From Torpedo marmorata (lineage: Eukaryota), in assembly GCA_977017645.1 (NCBI GenBank), contig OZ360226.1:140678001-140742000 (forward strand): a stretch of 64,000 bases of DNA, given 5' to 3'. Below the pieces are notes generated by a model. It had not been told where the DNA came from. It ran no database searches and saw only the letters and a list, made by a program, of their open reading frames with translations. Below, piece by piece: positions 35,601 through 48,145 of the stretch. Position numbers and translations under genes: made by a program. Each line of letters begins with the position of its first letter. Positions within the stretch are counted from its first letter, which is position 1.

Positions 35601-36155
35601 TGTGACAATTTGAACAGTGCTTTCAACACCAACTGTTGAGTTGATTTTGGAAGCCATGAGCCAAATGGTTGCCTAGAAAGCAGTGTAAATTGAATATGGT
35701 GAACCAAACAGAATCAATGCAAAGCTTTCCTAGATGCTGGCTGACAACATAGAGATCTGTAGTTCTACTACTTCTGAGCTAGTTGAATTGGAGCATTGAA
35801 CAGGGCCTTTCATATAATTGTTACAAAAATACAGGTCCATCTACCAATTTTGATTTAATAGGAATATTTAATATCAATCAACAATATAATACAGTATTAC
35901 AGTAAAATTGTCACATCTCTTCAGTCCTAAATACTTTATTATCTAGGACTAAATTATTGGATAATTACATAGTGATAATTAAATAATAATAAATACACTA
36001 CAATAAGCAATAACAAGATGCATTAACATTACAAAATTTTACAAATCTGAAAAATATACATTTACATTTATAATTAACTCTAACAATGCAAATAAATGAT
36101 ACCCATTATAATATCTGAATACATTTAATTGTTTTCTGTTTGAATCCTTCAGTCA

Positions 36156-36277
36156 TTATTCTGGTAACAAATCATCTCCGAGTTCTTCATCTGCAAATTC
36201 ATCTTCTTCGATGCGTTTTCGAGCTGCAGTTTTGGGCCGTTCAATTTGTGGTCCGAGTGGATCCACATATGATGCAT
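36156..36277 (-). CDS. IFT88: IFT88 last coding exon
   Basis: (D)ASYVDPLGPQIERPKTAARKRIEEDEFADEELGDDLLPE* is the canonical IFT88 C-terminus; AATAAA on the minus strand at 35935-35940. Confidence 0.97.
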
Positions 36278-36789
36278 CTATTATTATAGAAAGCAACACA
36301 TTTTGTTTCACTACTATTATAATTTAGATCAAATCCATATTTGGGTTGGAAAATGAGTACGGTAGTAATATTTTTGAATGGCAAGATTTTAATTAGTGTG
36401 TGGTTTTGGTTCAAATTAGAATTTAGGCTAAGCATTAGTAATTTTAATTAAAACTGTGGTTTACTAACCTGGTTTGCGCTAAAGCCACAATTCAAACTAG
36501 ATAAGCTATAATTTTGTTGACATTCCAGTGGAAGCTACAGATTTGAATGTTGATAGTAAACTAAATGATGGATTTAAAGGTTATGGGAGTCACGGCAATT
36601 CTACTAACTGGTGGAATAGCTGGATATTAAAAATTGCTCTTTGATTTAGACAAGTGACAAACAAATCAAAAGGGTAAGTTATTGGACATGTGTGAGACAA
36701 ATTGAGTTGCATTGAGAGGTTAAGAGGGGAATTGGCTGTTGTTTTGAAGCTATCATGGATTCAATATGGCTGTTCAAGCCTGCTTACAA

Positions 36790-37437
36790 TTTACAGAAGG
36801 ATGGTTTGCAGGTATAACAGGTAATCTAGGTAGCAAATGATATGTTGGCCTTCATTGCTTGAGGGATTAAATTTAAGAGTTGGGAGGTTCTACTGCAACT
36901 GTACAGGGTACTGGTGAGGATGCATTTGGAGAACTATGAGCAGTTCTGGTCTCCTCACTTGAGAAAAAAATGTATTGGCTTTGGAGGTAGTGCAGAGGAG
37001 GTTCACCAGGTTGATTTTAGGAATGAGGGGGTTAGCTTCTGAGGAGAGATTGAGTTGCCTGGGACTATAGTCACTGGAATTCATAAGAACGAAAGGGAAT
37101 CGCGTAGAAACATAAAATTATGAATAAGATAGAGGCAGGAAAGTCGTTTCTACTAGTAGATGAGACAAGAACTAGGAGACAGCCTCGAGATTCAGGGAAG
37201 TAGATCTATGAGGAGGAACTACTTCTCTGCCCAAGAAAGCAGTAGAAACTGCCTCATTAAATATATTTAAGACAAAGATAGATTTTTGCATAGCAGAGGA
37301 ATCAGGGTTTATGAGGGAAAAGGCAAGAAAGTAAAGCCAAGTCCATGGCCAGATTAGCCATGATCTCATTGAATATGGCAGAGGAGGCTCAACAGGTCAG
37401 AACGTCTACTCCTGCACCTATTTCTTATGGACTTATG
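36790..37437 (+). mobile_element. Decayed CR1 3' fragment
   Basis: GTACAGGGTACTGGTGAGG...CAGTTCTGGTCTCC...GAGGTTCACCAGG; (CTTATG)-type tail. Confidence 0.75.
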
Positions 37438-37741
37438 TAAGCCAATTTTGGACACAATTAGCCAGTTTGTCTTGAATCCACTGCATATTAAAAATTCTGT
37501 ACCAGCTTACCACACAGTTCATTGTCAATGAATATATTCAATAAATATTTTTCTTAATGCTGAAGGAAAATGGGGAACAGGGTATTGAAATGGATAATCA
37601 GCAAAGCTCCCATTTTCTTTGCTTCTAGGTTTGCTTTAGATAGATCGTTATATAGGACAATTTTCTCCTTGAAGAGATATTTTTGCATTAATAGTATAAA
37701 AGAGACCCCATCAATACAAAGAAAGATGGCCATGTACTTGC

Positions 37742-37855
37742 CTATATCTTTATTGGTGCTGGTTTCATAAGGATCGTTAACTCCAGGCAGTGTCCTCAAC
37801 TTGGTGCTCAACCTTTCTCCTTTGGCACCACTACTATAGCTATTTTGTCCATTTT
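37742..37855 (-). CDS. IFT88: IFT88 exon (GC donor)
   Basis: (E)NGQNSYSSGAKGERLSTKLRTLPGVNDPYETSTNKDI; donor G|GCAAGT. Confidence 0.93.
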
Positions 37856-38293
37856 CTGAAATGAAGGACAGACAGCTTGAGATACAAATACACTTACAAA
37901 ATATGAAGTTGAAAGGATATAAAACAAGTGTATTCAAAATTAACTATACCGTTCTTGCAGTACACAAATTGAAACACCAGCTTTATGGGACGTTACATAT
38001 TTCTATCAGTTAAAAACTGAAAACAAAATTGCTCTAAATTTATAGTTAATTTCAACTGCACAAATTAGAACAGCTAAAACCAAGGAAAATTATGACAATT
38101 TTTTTTTGCAATCTTTTAACCACTATTTGTTTGTCACATCATGCCTCTTAAAGACTTTTCCTATGGTATAACAAAATAATTTGATATGATTTTGTTTTCA
38201 AATATTAGGCTGTTTCAATAATTGTTTCTAATCAGTTTATTAATTACCAGACGATCTTGTTCATAGTTAAATGTTATAATGCAATACCATTTA

Positions 38294-38883
38294 CAGTAAA
38301 ATCCCTGGTATCCGGCACCTACGGGGATTGGTAGATGCGAGTTTTCCAGTTGCTTGAGACTCACTCTTACAATGCCTAACTAATATACCTGCATTAAGAA
38401 TAAACGGTTTAAAAGACAAAAAATACTATACTGTACTTACACGAATATATAAACCTTAAAACATTTTACTTTATTTTCAGTCACATCTTGCCCGAAAGAC
38501 GAACAATATCATAATTAATCCCTACTCCCCGAAATTTACAGATAAAGCCTTACTAATATGAATAAAGATAAAGACTCTTACTAAGCAGGGATAAGGAAAC
38601 ACTTTACGAGAGTCACCCCCAACGGTGAGTGGCATCAACCAGTTCTTCTTCCTGGGCGATTCCATTTTATTCAAACTTTGTTCAAACAGCTGCTATGAGC
38701 AAAGCACGACCAAGGCACTCCGCTGGCTGAATATTTGCTCCCATCTTCACCAAAGGTTTATGTTTTACTTCAGAGAACATATACTTTTACAATTTTAAAC
38801 TTTTATTTATCTTATTTTTTATATATTTATTTTCCTTCATGGTTTTAGCCGGTTGCTTGAATTCCGGATAACGGGTTTTACTG
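38294..38883. mobile_element. Tc1/mariner (pogo/Tigger-like) MITE, long form
   Basis: TA|CAGTAAAATCCCTGGTATCCGG...CCGGATAACGGGTTTTACTG. Confidence 0.78.
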
Positions 38884-39252
38884 TGTTTGGTAAATTACAA
38901 ACTTAAGCAATTTAATTTTTAGGACAATCTCTGCTTACAAATGTGGCAGCAAATGAAGGCAGTCACATTTAACATGCATATTCTGTGTGAAAAGTGGCTG
39001 CCTTCATTAGTTGCATCTTGATTATTGAGAATGAAGCATAACAGGTAACAATAATAAACAAAATTTTAAAAATAATCGATGTTTTATTGATGGAAATGAT
39101 TTAAGATCACTTTATAGTCACATGTGCCTTTTTACTGAAATCAGCAGGGAAGACACATCTTCACCTCATGGATTTGAAAGTTAAAAGATGAAAGAAAAAT
39201 TATACAATCTAAATTATTCAAAATCAGTAGAAAAATATGCTGGTGCACTTAC

Positions 39253-39313
39253 CACTACCAGCGCTGCCCTCTCTGCGCCCACGAGCACTGCCATCTCTGC
39301 CAGATTTCACACG
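39253..39313 (-). CDS. IFT88: IFT88 exon
   Basis: RVKSGRDGSARGRREGSAGS; AG and GTAAGT boundaries; in phase. Confidence 0.92.
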
Positions 39314-39732
39314 CTGTATTAAAAATATTATTACAAGTAAACACGGTTTGATCTTCCCCACAATTATAGATTTAAAAATATTTGACAATGGCATCAACAT
39401 AATGCATCATATTTATTATCATAAGCAAAAGTGGAATAGACTTTTAGGTCAAGGCCCTACATCAGGACTGAGAATGGAGATGCAGGGCCTTGACCCAAAA
39501 CGTTTATTGCTTTCCCATCACAGTTGCCGTCTGACCAACTGAGTTCCTCCAGCAGTTTGTTTTTTGGTGCAGCAATTAAACCATGGGAAAAATAATAGCC
39601 AATAATCAGAGACTGAGAAGGGAAAGTTAATGAAATTACTTAAAAGCAAGGAATTAAAACAGAAATTTAAAAATCAATTTTAAACAGGGACAAGTTCTGT
39701 GATGTATTTTGGAGGCGGGTGCAAACAGAATT

Positions 39733-39925
39733 ACACTACCCTCCATAATGTTTGGGACAAAGACACTTTTTTCCTTTATTTGTCCTTGTGCTCCACAGTT
39801 TAAAATTTGTAATCAAACAATTCGCATGTGGTTAAAGTGCACATTCCATATTTTATTCAAGGTTATTTGTATACATTTTGGTTTGACCATGTAGAAATTA
39901 CAGCACTTTTTATACCTCCCACTGA
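39733..39925 (+). mobile_element. Solo Tc1 terminal fragment, same family as 30793-33359
   Basis: CCCTCCATAATGTTTGGGACAAAGACAC... matches the Tc1 arm over about 180 bp. Confidence 0.8.
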
Positions 39926-40589
39926 TAATCCCTAATCATCCCTTGTACTGTACATCCAAGTGCATGTTGATCATCTCCCTAAGTATACACTCAAGTGACT
40001 TAACCACTGATATTAGGCTCACTGGCCTGTAGTTCCCTGGCTTTTCCTTGCTGACTTTCTTGAATAGAAGCACAACATTTGCCATCCTCTAGTCTTCTGC
40101 CACCTCACTTGTACATAATGATGACTCACAAATCTCAGCCAGGGCACCTGCAATTTCCTCTCCAACTTCCCACAGTGTCATTGGATATATCTGATCATGC
40201 ATATAGGTCTTGAATTCTGTAATTCACTCTCCAAATATTTTTACTTCTCCGATCTTTAAATTCTTAAAATTGGCCTCTGACTAAGCCTTTTTTATTTTTT
40301 AGTCTTTGTGTCAAATTGTGTCTGAATACTTTTTTTTGGGAAGCATCATGTGACATTCCTTGTAAATACAGATGATTGTACATTTTCCCTAGAGAGCAGC
40401 ATAGTTCCACATGGCACTCGGGTCCTATTGAGAACTCAATGATTTGCTGAACAGAGAGAGATACCACTTCCTTAAAAGGATCAAATTCCTTGCAATAAAT
40501 TTCAACAAATTCTCCACTTTCAGACAAATCATTTATCTGTCAATATGTTATTATTTTGAACACTTCTATTATGCATAGATTGTGAAGTA

Positions 40590-42140
40590 GGGGTCCAAAG
40601 AACTAGCAGAAAGGAGGAATTGATGGAAATTGTTATCAGTCGTGAATTGTGCAAGATGAATTGATGGCGTTGAAAGTTGATAAATTTCCAGAGCTTGGCA
40701 GTCTGCATCCCAGTGTGCTTAGGAGGTGGCCCTGGAGAAAGTGAATGCGTTCGTGATTATTTTCCAACATTCTCTACAGTCTGGAATGTTCCCTTTGTTT
40801 GGAGGGTAGCTAATGAGACACCACTTTTTGAGATAGAGAGAGAGAAAAAGAAAGAAAAAAAAACCATTGATTTATAGACCAGTAAGTTCACTTCAGTGGT
40901 GGGGAAAATGCTGGAGTCATTTATCAAAAATTAAACATTTGGAGAGGAGCGACAAAATTAGTCCAAATCAGCATAGATTTACGAAAGGGAAATCATGCTT
41001 GACAAATCTTCTAAAGTTTTATGAGGACATAGCAAATAGAATGGGCAATACTGAACCAATTATGTGGTGTGTTTGGACTTGATAAGGTCCCACACAAAAG
41101 ATTAGCGTGCAAAATTAGAGAACATGTATTCAAGTGGATAGAAAAGTGGTTGGCAGGCAGGAAGCAGAGAGTAACTAGAGGGGTTCTTCAAGGTTCAGTG
41201 CTGGGATTCCAGCTATTTACAATATACACAAATAATCTTGACGAAGGAATGTAATATCTCTAAATTTGCAGGTGACACTAAACTGGGTGAATGTGTGAGT
41301 CATGTGGAAGATTCCAAGAGGTTACAGATTTACTTGGACAGGTTAGGCAAGTGGGAAAATGCATGGCAGATGCAGTAATAATGTAGATAAATGTGAGGTT
41401 ATCCACTGAGGTGGCAATATTGGGAAGGCAATTTATTATCTGAATGGTGAGAAATTGGGGAAAAGGCACCTTGCATCATGGTGCATCAGGTAGTGAAGAA
41501 AGCAAACCCAATAAAGGCCAACATGCTGAAAGGCTTTGAACAAAAAAGCAGGGAGGACTTACAGCAGTTGTATAGAGCCTTTGTGAGGTCACAGCTCGAG
41601 TATTGTGTGCAGTTTTGCTCTCTTGAGGAAGAATATTCTTACTATTGAGGGAGTGCAGTGAAGGTTCACCAGACTGATTCCCGGGATGGCAGGACTGATG
41701 TACAAAGAAAGACTGGATAGACCAGAGTTATACTCATTGGAATTTAGAAGAATGAGAGGTGATCTCATTGAGGCATACAAAATTCTGACAGGTCTAGGCA
41801 AGTTAGATGCAGGAAGAATTTTCTGATGTTGGGCAAGTCCAAAAAAATGGGTCACTGTCTATGGATAAGGGCAAGCCATTTAGGACTGAGATGAGGAGCA
41901 TCTTTTTTCACTCAGGGAGTTGTGAACATGTGGAACTCTCCACCACAGATAATTGTTGAGGCCTTTTTGTTACACATATTCAAAAGGGAGTTGGATGTGG
42001 CCCTTATAGTCAAAGGAATCAAGAGTTATGGAGAAAAAGCAGGAATAGGATACTGAAGACTCATGATCAGCTGTGATCATATTGAATGGTGGTGCAGGCT
42101 TGAAGGGCTGAATGGCCTCCTCACACTTATTTTCTATGAT
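40590..42140 (+). mobile_element. Old fragmented CR1 LINE
   Basis: QHRFTKGKSCLTNLL, DKVPHKRL and QGSVLG fragments; CR1 3' UTR. Confidence 0.8.
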
Positions 42141-42245
42141 TCGGTGAGGCAAAAAACAGAAAATGCTGGAAACACTCAGCAAACCAGACAGATTCTCAAC
42201 GTCTCGGCTTTTTCTACTGGACGTTCCAGCAATTTTCTGTTTTAT

Positions 42246-43490
42246 ATTTTTTGAAGAGGTGACTAGGACTGTGGATGAGGGTAGTGCAGTGGATGTTGTC
42301 TATATGGACTTCAGTAAGGCCTTTGATAAGGTTCCGCATGGAAGGTTAGTGAGGAAGGTGCAGTCTTTAGGTATAGATTCTGAGGTAGTCAAATGGATTG
42401 AACATTGGCTGGAGGGGAGAGGCCAGAGAGTGGTAGTGGATAATTGTTTGTCAGGTTGGAAGCCCGTGACAAGCGGTGTGCCTCAGGGATCTGTATTGGG
42501 CCCATTGTTGTTTGTTATATATATCAATGATCTAGATGATGGGGTGGTAAACTGGATTAGTAAATATGCAGATGATACCAAGATAGGTGGAATAGTGGAT
42601 AATAAAGAAGGTTTTCAAGGATTGCAGAAGGATTTGGGCTGCTTAGAAAAGTGGGCTGAAAAATGGCAGATGGAGTTTAATGCTGATAAGTGTGAGGTGC
42701 TTCATTTTGGAAAGAAGAATCAGAACAGGACATATGTAGTAAATGGGAGAGCATTGATGAATACAGAAGAGCAGAAAGATTTAGGAATAACGGTGCATCG
42801 TTCCCTGAAGGTGGAAACTCATGTGAATAGGGTGGTGAAGAAGGCTTTCAGTATGCTGGCCTTCATCAATCAATGCATAGAATATAGGAGTTGGGAAGTG
42901 ATGTTGAGATTATATAAGGCTTTGGTGCGGCCTAATTTAGAGTTCTGTGTGCAGTTCTGGTCGCCAAATTATAGGAAGGATATCAACAAATTGGAGAGAG
43001 TGCAGAGAAGGTTTACCAGAATGTTACCTGGGTTTAAGAATTTAGAGTACAAGGAGAGATTGAACAGATTAGGTCTTTATTCTTTGGAGCGTAGAAGGTT
43101 GAGAGGGGATTTGATAGAGGTATTTAAAATTATGAAAGGGATAGACAGAGTGGATGTGGATAGACTATTTCCATTAAGAATAGGAGAGATTGAAACAAGA
43201 GGACATGAGCTAAGAGTTAAGGGGCAGAGGTTTAGAGGTAACATGAGGGGGAACTTCTTTACTCAGAGAGTGGTAGCTGTGTGGAATGAGCTTCCGGGAG
43301 AAGTAGTGGCAGCAGAGTCAATTTTAGTATTTAAGAAAAAGTTGGACAAGTATATGGATGTGAGGAAAGTGGAGGGTTATGGGCAAGGTGCAGGTAGGTG
43401 GGACTAGATAGGAATGTTTTGGTTCGGTGCGGACTGGAAGGGCCTAATGGCCTGTTTCCGTGCTGTAATTGTTATATGGTTATATGGTAT
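42246..43490 (+). mobile_element. Young 5'-truncated CR1, same subfamily as 16650-18427
   Basis: Open frame to the stop at 43407 with YADD; (ATATGGTT)n tail. Confidence 0.93.
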
Positions 43491-44161
43491 ATATCAGACT
43501 TACAACATTTACAGTCTTTTTTGAATTTTCATAAGCCATGAAATATTACAATGAGTCCTGGACAATAAAGAATTTTGCTAGGTTCAGAAGCCTGAGGTCA
43601 AAATGATTTTGAATTAAGGGCTCTATCAGGGTAATAGATCTGGTAGGTTCTCCTTGCTCAGCAGGCTGATAAGATACCGCATAGACCTGGTCTTTAAAGT
43701 TCAGCCACATGCCCATCTACATCTAACTAAGTACATTCACAATCATCTATCATTGGTCAACTGATGTGTCCACTGTCTCCCTCCAGCGTGGAGTGCCTGC
43801 AGCACTGGAGTTCTGTACGCTCCTTGCATTTTCAAGATACCAGGATTTAAAGAGCCAACTTTTACTCTGAGACAATATTCACAGCATCAGATTCTGAAAG
43901 CAGGGCTCAAAAAATGTTGCTGAGGGCTGCACTAGTTTCTGGGTAGTTTCAATACTATTCCCAGCATTGTTCCAAACAACAATGGTGACAAATTAGTGAT
44001 CAAACTAATACAGGAAGAGGTTTAATGATCTTGGATGAGGCAAGATAGCTAACCAAATATTGCATTAGATTATTACTTTCCATGAATAAATGTATAATGG
44101 ATTTGATCATTTGACAATGAGACGAGCATACTCAAGTAAATGGGGTTGAACCAGGATCTAC

Positions 44162-44493
44162 TGTAACGGCACTGATTTACCACAGCTTACAAACAAATAA
44201 AGAATACACTCACTCGTTTCTTTCAGCACACCATGAAGTCGACTTTCTTTTATTATTCACTGGACACAACATTGCATTCTTCAACTCCCCAAACACCACC
44301 CAGCTAAACCCTTCTGACCTTCTCATTGACTCACTGCCACAAGGGTGATCCTGACACATTCACTCTCCTCCTCCTGCATCTGAGATTCATCACCCGTATA
44401 CTGACGCACTCCCGCGCAGCGCACTGCATCGCTTTTACGTCAACAGCGGCGGCCGGCACCGCTCCCAACGATGGTAAGTACGCGACCACTACA
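44162..44493 (-). mobile_element. Solo LTR
   Basis: TG...CA termini; 4-bp TSD CTAC (44158-44161 / 44494-44497); AATAAA on the minus strand at 44249-44254; CpG-rich. Confidence 0.78.
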
Positions 44494-44530
44494 CTACAAT
44501 GAAAAATTTAGTGGTTGTGTGTTTGCTTGC

Positions 44531-44637
44531 CTGCTCTCTTAACTCCTTCATTTTCTCAACTTTCTTCAGTTTTATGGCATACTCCTGAACTTCTTTCAAT
44601 CCCATATCTGTACAAAGGCGAACTAGGAAGCGCAAAC
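44531..44637 (-). CDS. IFT88: IFT88 exon (GC donor)
   Basis: (C)LRFLVRLCTDMGLKEVQEYAIKLKKVEKMKELREQ; donor CAG|GCAAGC. Confidence 0.93.
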
Positions 44638-44989
44638 CTAAATAAAAGAATCAGATAAGAACAGACCAAAAAATAAATTCTCAAGAGCAGCATGATCCTC
44701 AAATTAATAGATTTTCCTTTGAGAACCATTATTAAAACAATATAATCACAGAAACTTATCACCCATAGAGATGATCAACCAACTTCATCTACAAATCAGG
44801 AATTTTCAAAAGGCCTTTGATAAAGCTCCACTTAAAAGGTAAACAAGACAATATGCTGATATTGGGGTCTAGTGCAGTACAGAAAAGTGCTGGAGAAACT
44901 CAACAGGTCATGGATAATGCATTACTCCAGCACTTTTGTGCACTGCCCCACTTAAAAGGTTATGTGTACAATTAAAGTACATAGGTTCA

Positions 44990-47140
44990 AGTTTATTTAT
45001 CAATTTATTGTCATGAACAAGTCACAAAATTCATTGTTTTGCAGCAGCATCACAGTGCAAACATTCATATAAACCACCTTACAAAAGTAAATAAAAATAG
45101 TGAACGAAAAGTCAAAGTAAGGCAGTGTCTTTGGTTCATTGATCAGGAATCTGATGACAGTGGGGAAGAAGCTGTCCTTGTGCCACTGAGTGCTCGTCTT
45201 TAGGCTCCTGTACCTTTTTCCCCAATGGTAGCAGAGTGAAGAGGGCATGGCCTGGGTGGTGAGGGTCCTTGAGGATAAAGGCTGCTTTCTTAAGACACCG
45301 CCTCTTGTTGATGTCCTTGATGGAGTGAAGTCTGGTGCCTGTGATGTCGCAGGCCGAGTTAACAACACTGCAGTTTTTTCTTGTCCTGAGCATTGGCATC
45401 TCCATACCAGACAGTGATGCAACCAGCCAGAAGGCTCTCCACGGTACATCTGTAGAAGTTTGAGATTGTGCGATTGTACCAGTACAACCCAATGAAAAAG
45501 CGTTCTCCTGTCCACAGTGCAAACACACATACAGACAAACAATACATATATTAAAATAAATATTATTAATAAATAGTAAAGTCTATGAGAGTTGTTTTAG
45601 CAGTTCAACAGTCATTCAGCATTCTCACTGCCCTTATGAAGAAGCTGTTCCTCAGCCTGGTGGTTCTGGCTCTAATACTTCTGTGTCTTTCCCAACGGGA
45701 GTAGCTGGAAGATGCTGCATGCGGAGTGGTAGCGCCCCCCCCACCCCGATTTTGCGAGCCATTTTTAAACAACAATCCCGGTAACTCACATCGATTGGGG
45801 GGGGGGGTGCGGTGAAGGGAGACACCAGTAATCCTCTCTGCCGCTTTTATGGTCCTGTGGATTGACCTCCGATCCGATGCTCTACAGCAGCCAAACCACA
45901 CTGATGCAGCCGGCCAGGATGCTCTCAATAGAGCTCCCGTAGAAAGTTGACAGAATGGTAGCTGGAAGCCTTGCCCACATCAGCCTTCTAAGAAAGTGCA
46001 GTCACTGTTGCGCCTTCCTGACAAATGGGGAGCTGTTGTGTCCAGGATAGGTTCCTTCTTAAATGGACTCCGAGGAACTTGGTGCTCTGCACTCTCTTCA
46101 CTACTGAGTTATTAATGTGAAGTGAAGGGTGGTCGTCCCTAGTCCTCCTGAAGTCCACGATCATCTCCTTCGTCTTGTCCACATTGAGAGTCAGGTTGTT
46201 ACTCTCGCACCATTTCACAAGATTTTACACCTCTTCTCTGTAGTGCGACATCGTTGTTGCTGACGAGGCCAACTACTGTTGTGTCATCTGCAAACATGAT
46301 GACTCTGGAGCTGGATCTGGCATTGCAGTTGTGGGTGAGAAGCGTGAACAGGATCGGGCTGAGCACACAGCCCTGAGGTACGCCAGTGCTCAGCATGATG
46401 GTGCTCAATGCTCTGCTGCCAATCCAGACAGACTGTGGTCTTTCCATTAGGAAGTCCAGAATCCAGTTAAAGAGAGGAGTGTTGAGTCCCAGCGAGGACA
46501 GCTTCTCCACCAGCCTCGGGTATGATTGTATTAAACGCCGAGCTGAAGCCAATGAACAGCAGCCTGGTGTATGAGGCGCCATTCTCCAGGTGGGTTAGGA
46601 CAGAGTGGAGGGACAAGGCTATAGCATCGTCAGTGGTACGGTTCTGTCTAGGCCTATTGAAATGGGTCCAGTGTCTCTGGGATGTGCGCTTTGATATGTT
46701 CCGTCACCAGATGCTCGAACCATTTCATAATGGTAGAGTACATTACCACTGGGTGGGAGTCATTGAGGCCTGTTACTGTCGCCATCTTTGGTACCTGGAT
46801 GATGGCGAGTGCCTTGAAACTAAGGGAACGATGGACTGCTGCAATGACGTATTGAAGATCTCCGTGAGGACCTCTGTCAGTTGGTCTGCACAGTCCTTCA
46901 ATACCCGATCAGGTATGTTGTCTGGTCCTGCTGCCTTGTGCGGGTTCACACTGGATAGGATTCTCCTCTCCTCAGCCGCAGCTATGCAAGGGGTCTGTTC
47001 TTCGGGGGAGTCAGAGCTTTCTTTGGCATTAGCCTGTTCTCGTTGAAACGTGTGTAGAAGATGTTCTGTCTGTCTGGCAGGCGTCGTTAACGTTGACTCG
47101 CAAGGTTGTCTTGTGATCTGTTATTGTTTTGATAACTTCC
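44990..47140 (-). mobile_element. Adjacent Rex-Babar LINE fragments (at least two copies)
   Basis: [42 protein letters not shown]; TGACAATAAA 3' end at about 45004. Confidence 0.8.
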
Positions 47141-48145
47141 CACAAAGGATTGGTAGTAATATAGTGGCACAGACTGAAAATGGATGAGCAAACCAGCAAG
47201 CCACAACAGAATGGATCTTATGGAAAGTAGAAAGAGGTAGGGAGGGGAAGATCTGACTGGCGGTGGGATCATGTTGTAGTTGGTGGAAACAATGGAGAAT
47301 GTTGTGCTCATTACGGAGGCTGGTAGGGTGAAAGGCAAGGATTGGTAGTAATATAGTGGCACAGACTGAAAATTGGTTGACAAACTGGAAACAGATGATA
47401 GGAATAAAGGGGATGCAAGTTATCTAAAACTAAGGGAACTCCACCTCTGTTCTGTCTGGGGGGAGGTGGGGTGAGACCAGAAATGCGGTAAGTAGATAAT
47501 GATAATGAGTTTATTGTCATACACATTGTATAAATGCCCAAAAATTCTTACTTGCTGCAAACAAACAGGTATTTATGAAGAAAATCAATAATAAACTAAA
47601 TAGATTAAAAGAGTCAATAAAATTCACAAATTGACAGTAATCCTCATGCAAAAAAGTGACAGACAGTCCACGATTTGTGTACCAAGGGGAGGTTCAAAAG
47701 TTTGATAGGTATTAGAAAGAAACTGTTCTTGAACCTGGAGGTGCTGGTTTTCAGACTTCTGTACCTTCTTCCCGAAGGTAGCAGCAAGAAGATGTTGTGA
47801 CCAGGGTGATAGGGCTCCTTTATGATCTTGGCTGCAGTGGATGGGAGGTTGAAGCCTGTGATGGACCTGGCTATGTTTGCTGCCTTCTGCGTTCCCGGGC
47901 ACTCATATTGCCAAACCAGGCTGTTTGAGTATCCAACAACATGCTAAATCTCCTCAGACTCCTTAGAAAGTAGAGGCATTGGGGTGTCTTCTTCATGGTT
48001 GTCTCGATGTGCTGGTTCCAGGAAAGGACTTCTGAGATATGGGCTCCCAGAAACCTGAAGGCTCTGATTCCCTCTCCTTCCTATCAATGCGGACAGCTGC
48101 ATGGTCCCTTGGCCTTTCCTTCTTAAAATCAATATTAAGCTCCTT

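Noticed and set aside
47145-47373. 37-bp direct repeat AAGGATTGGTAGTAATATAGTGGCACAGACTGAAAAT
   Set aside because: It lies in a scrambled Penelope/Rex junction; most simply a local repair duplication with no sign of function
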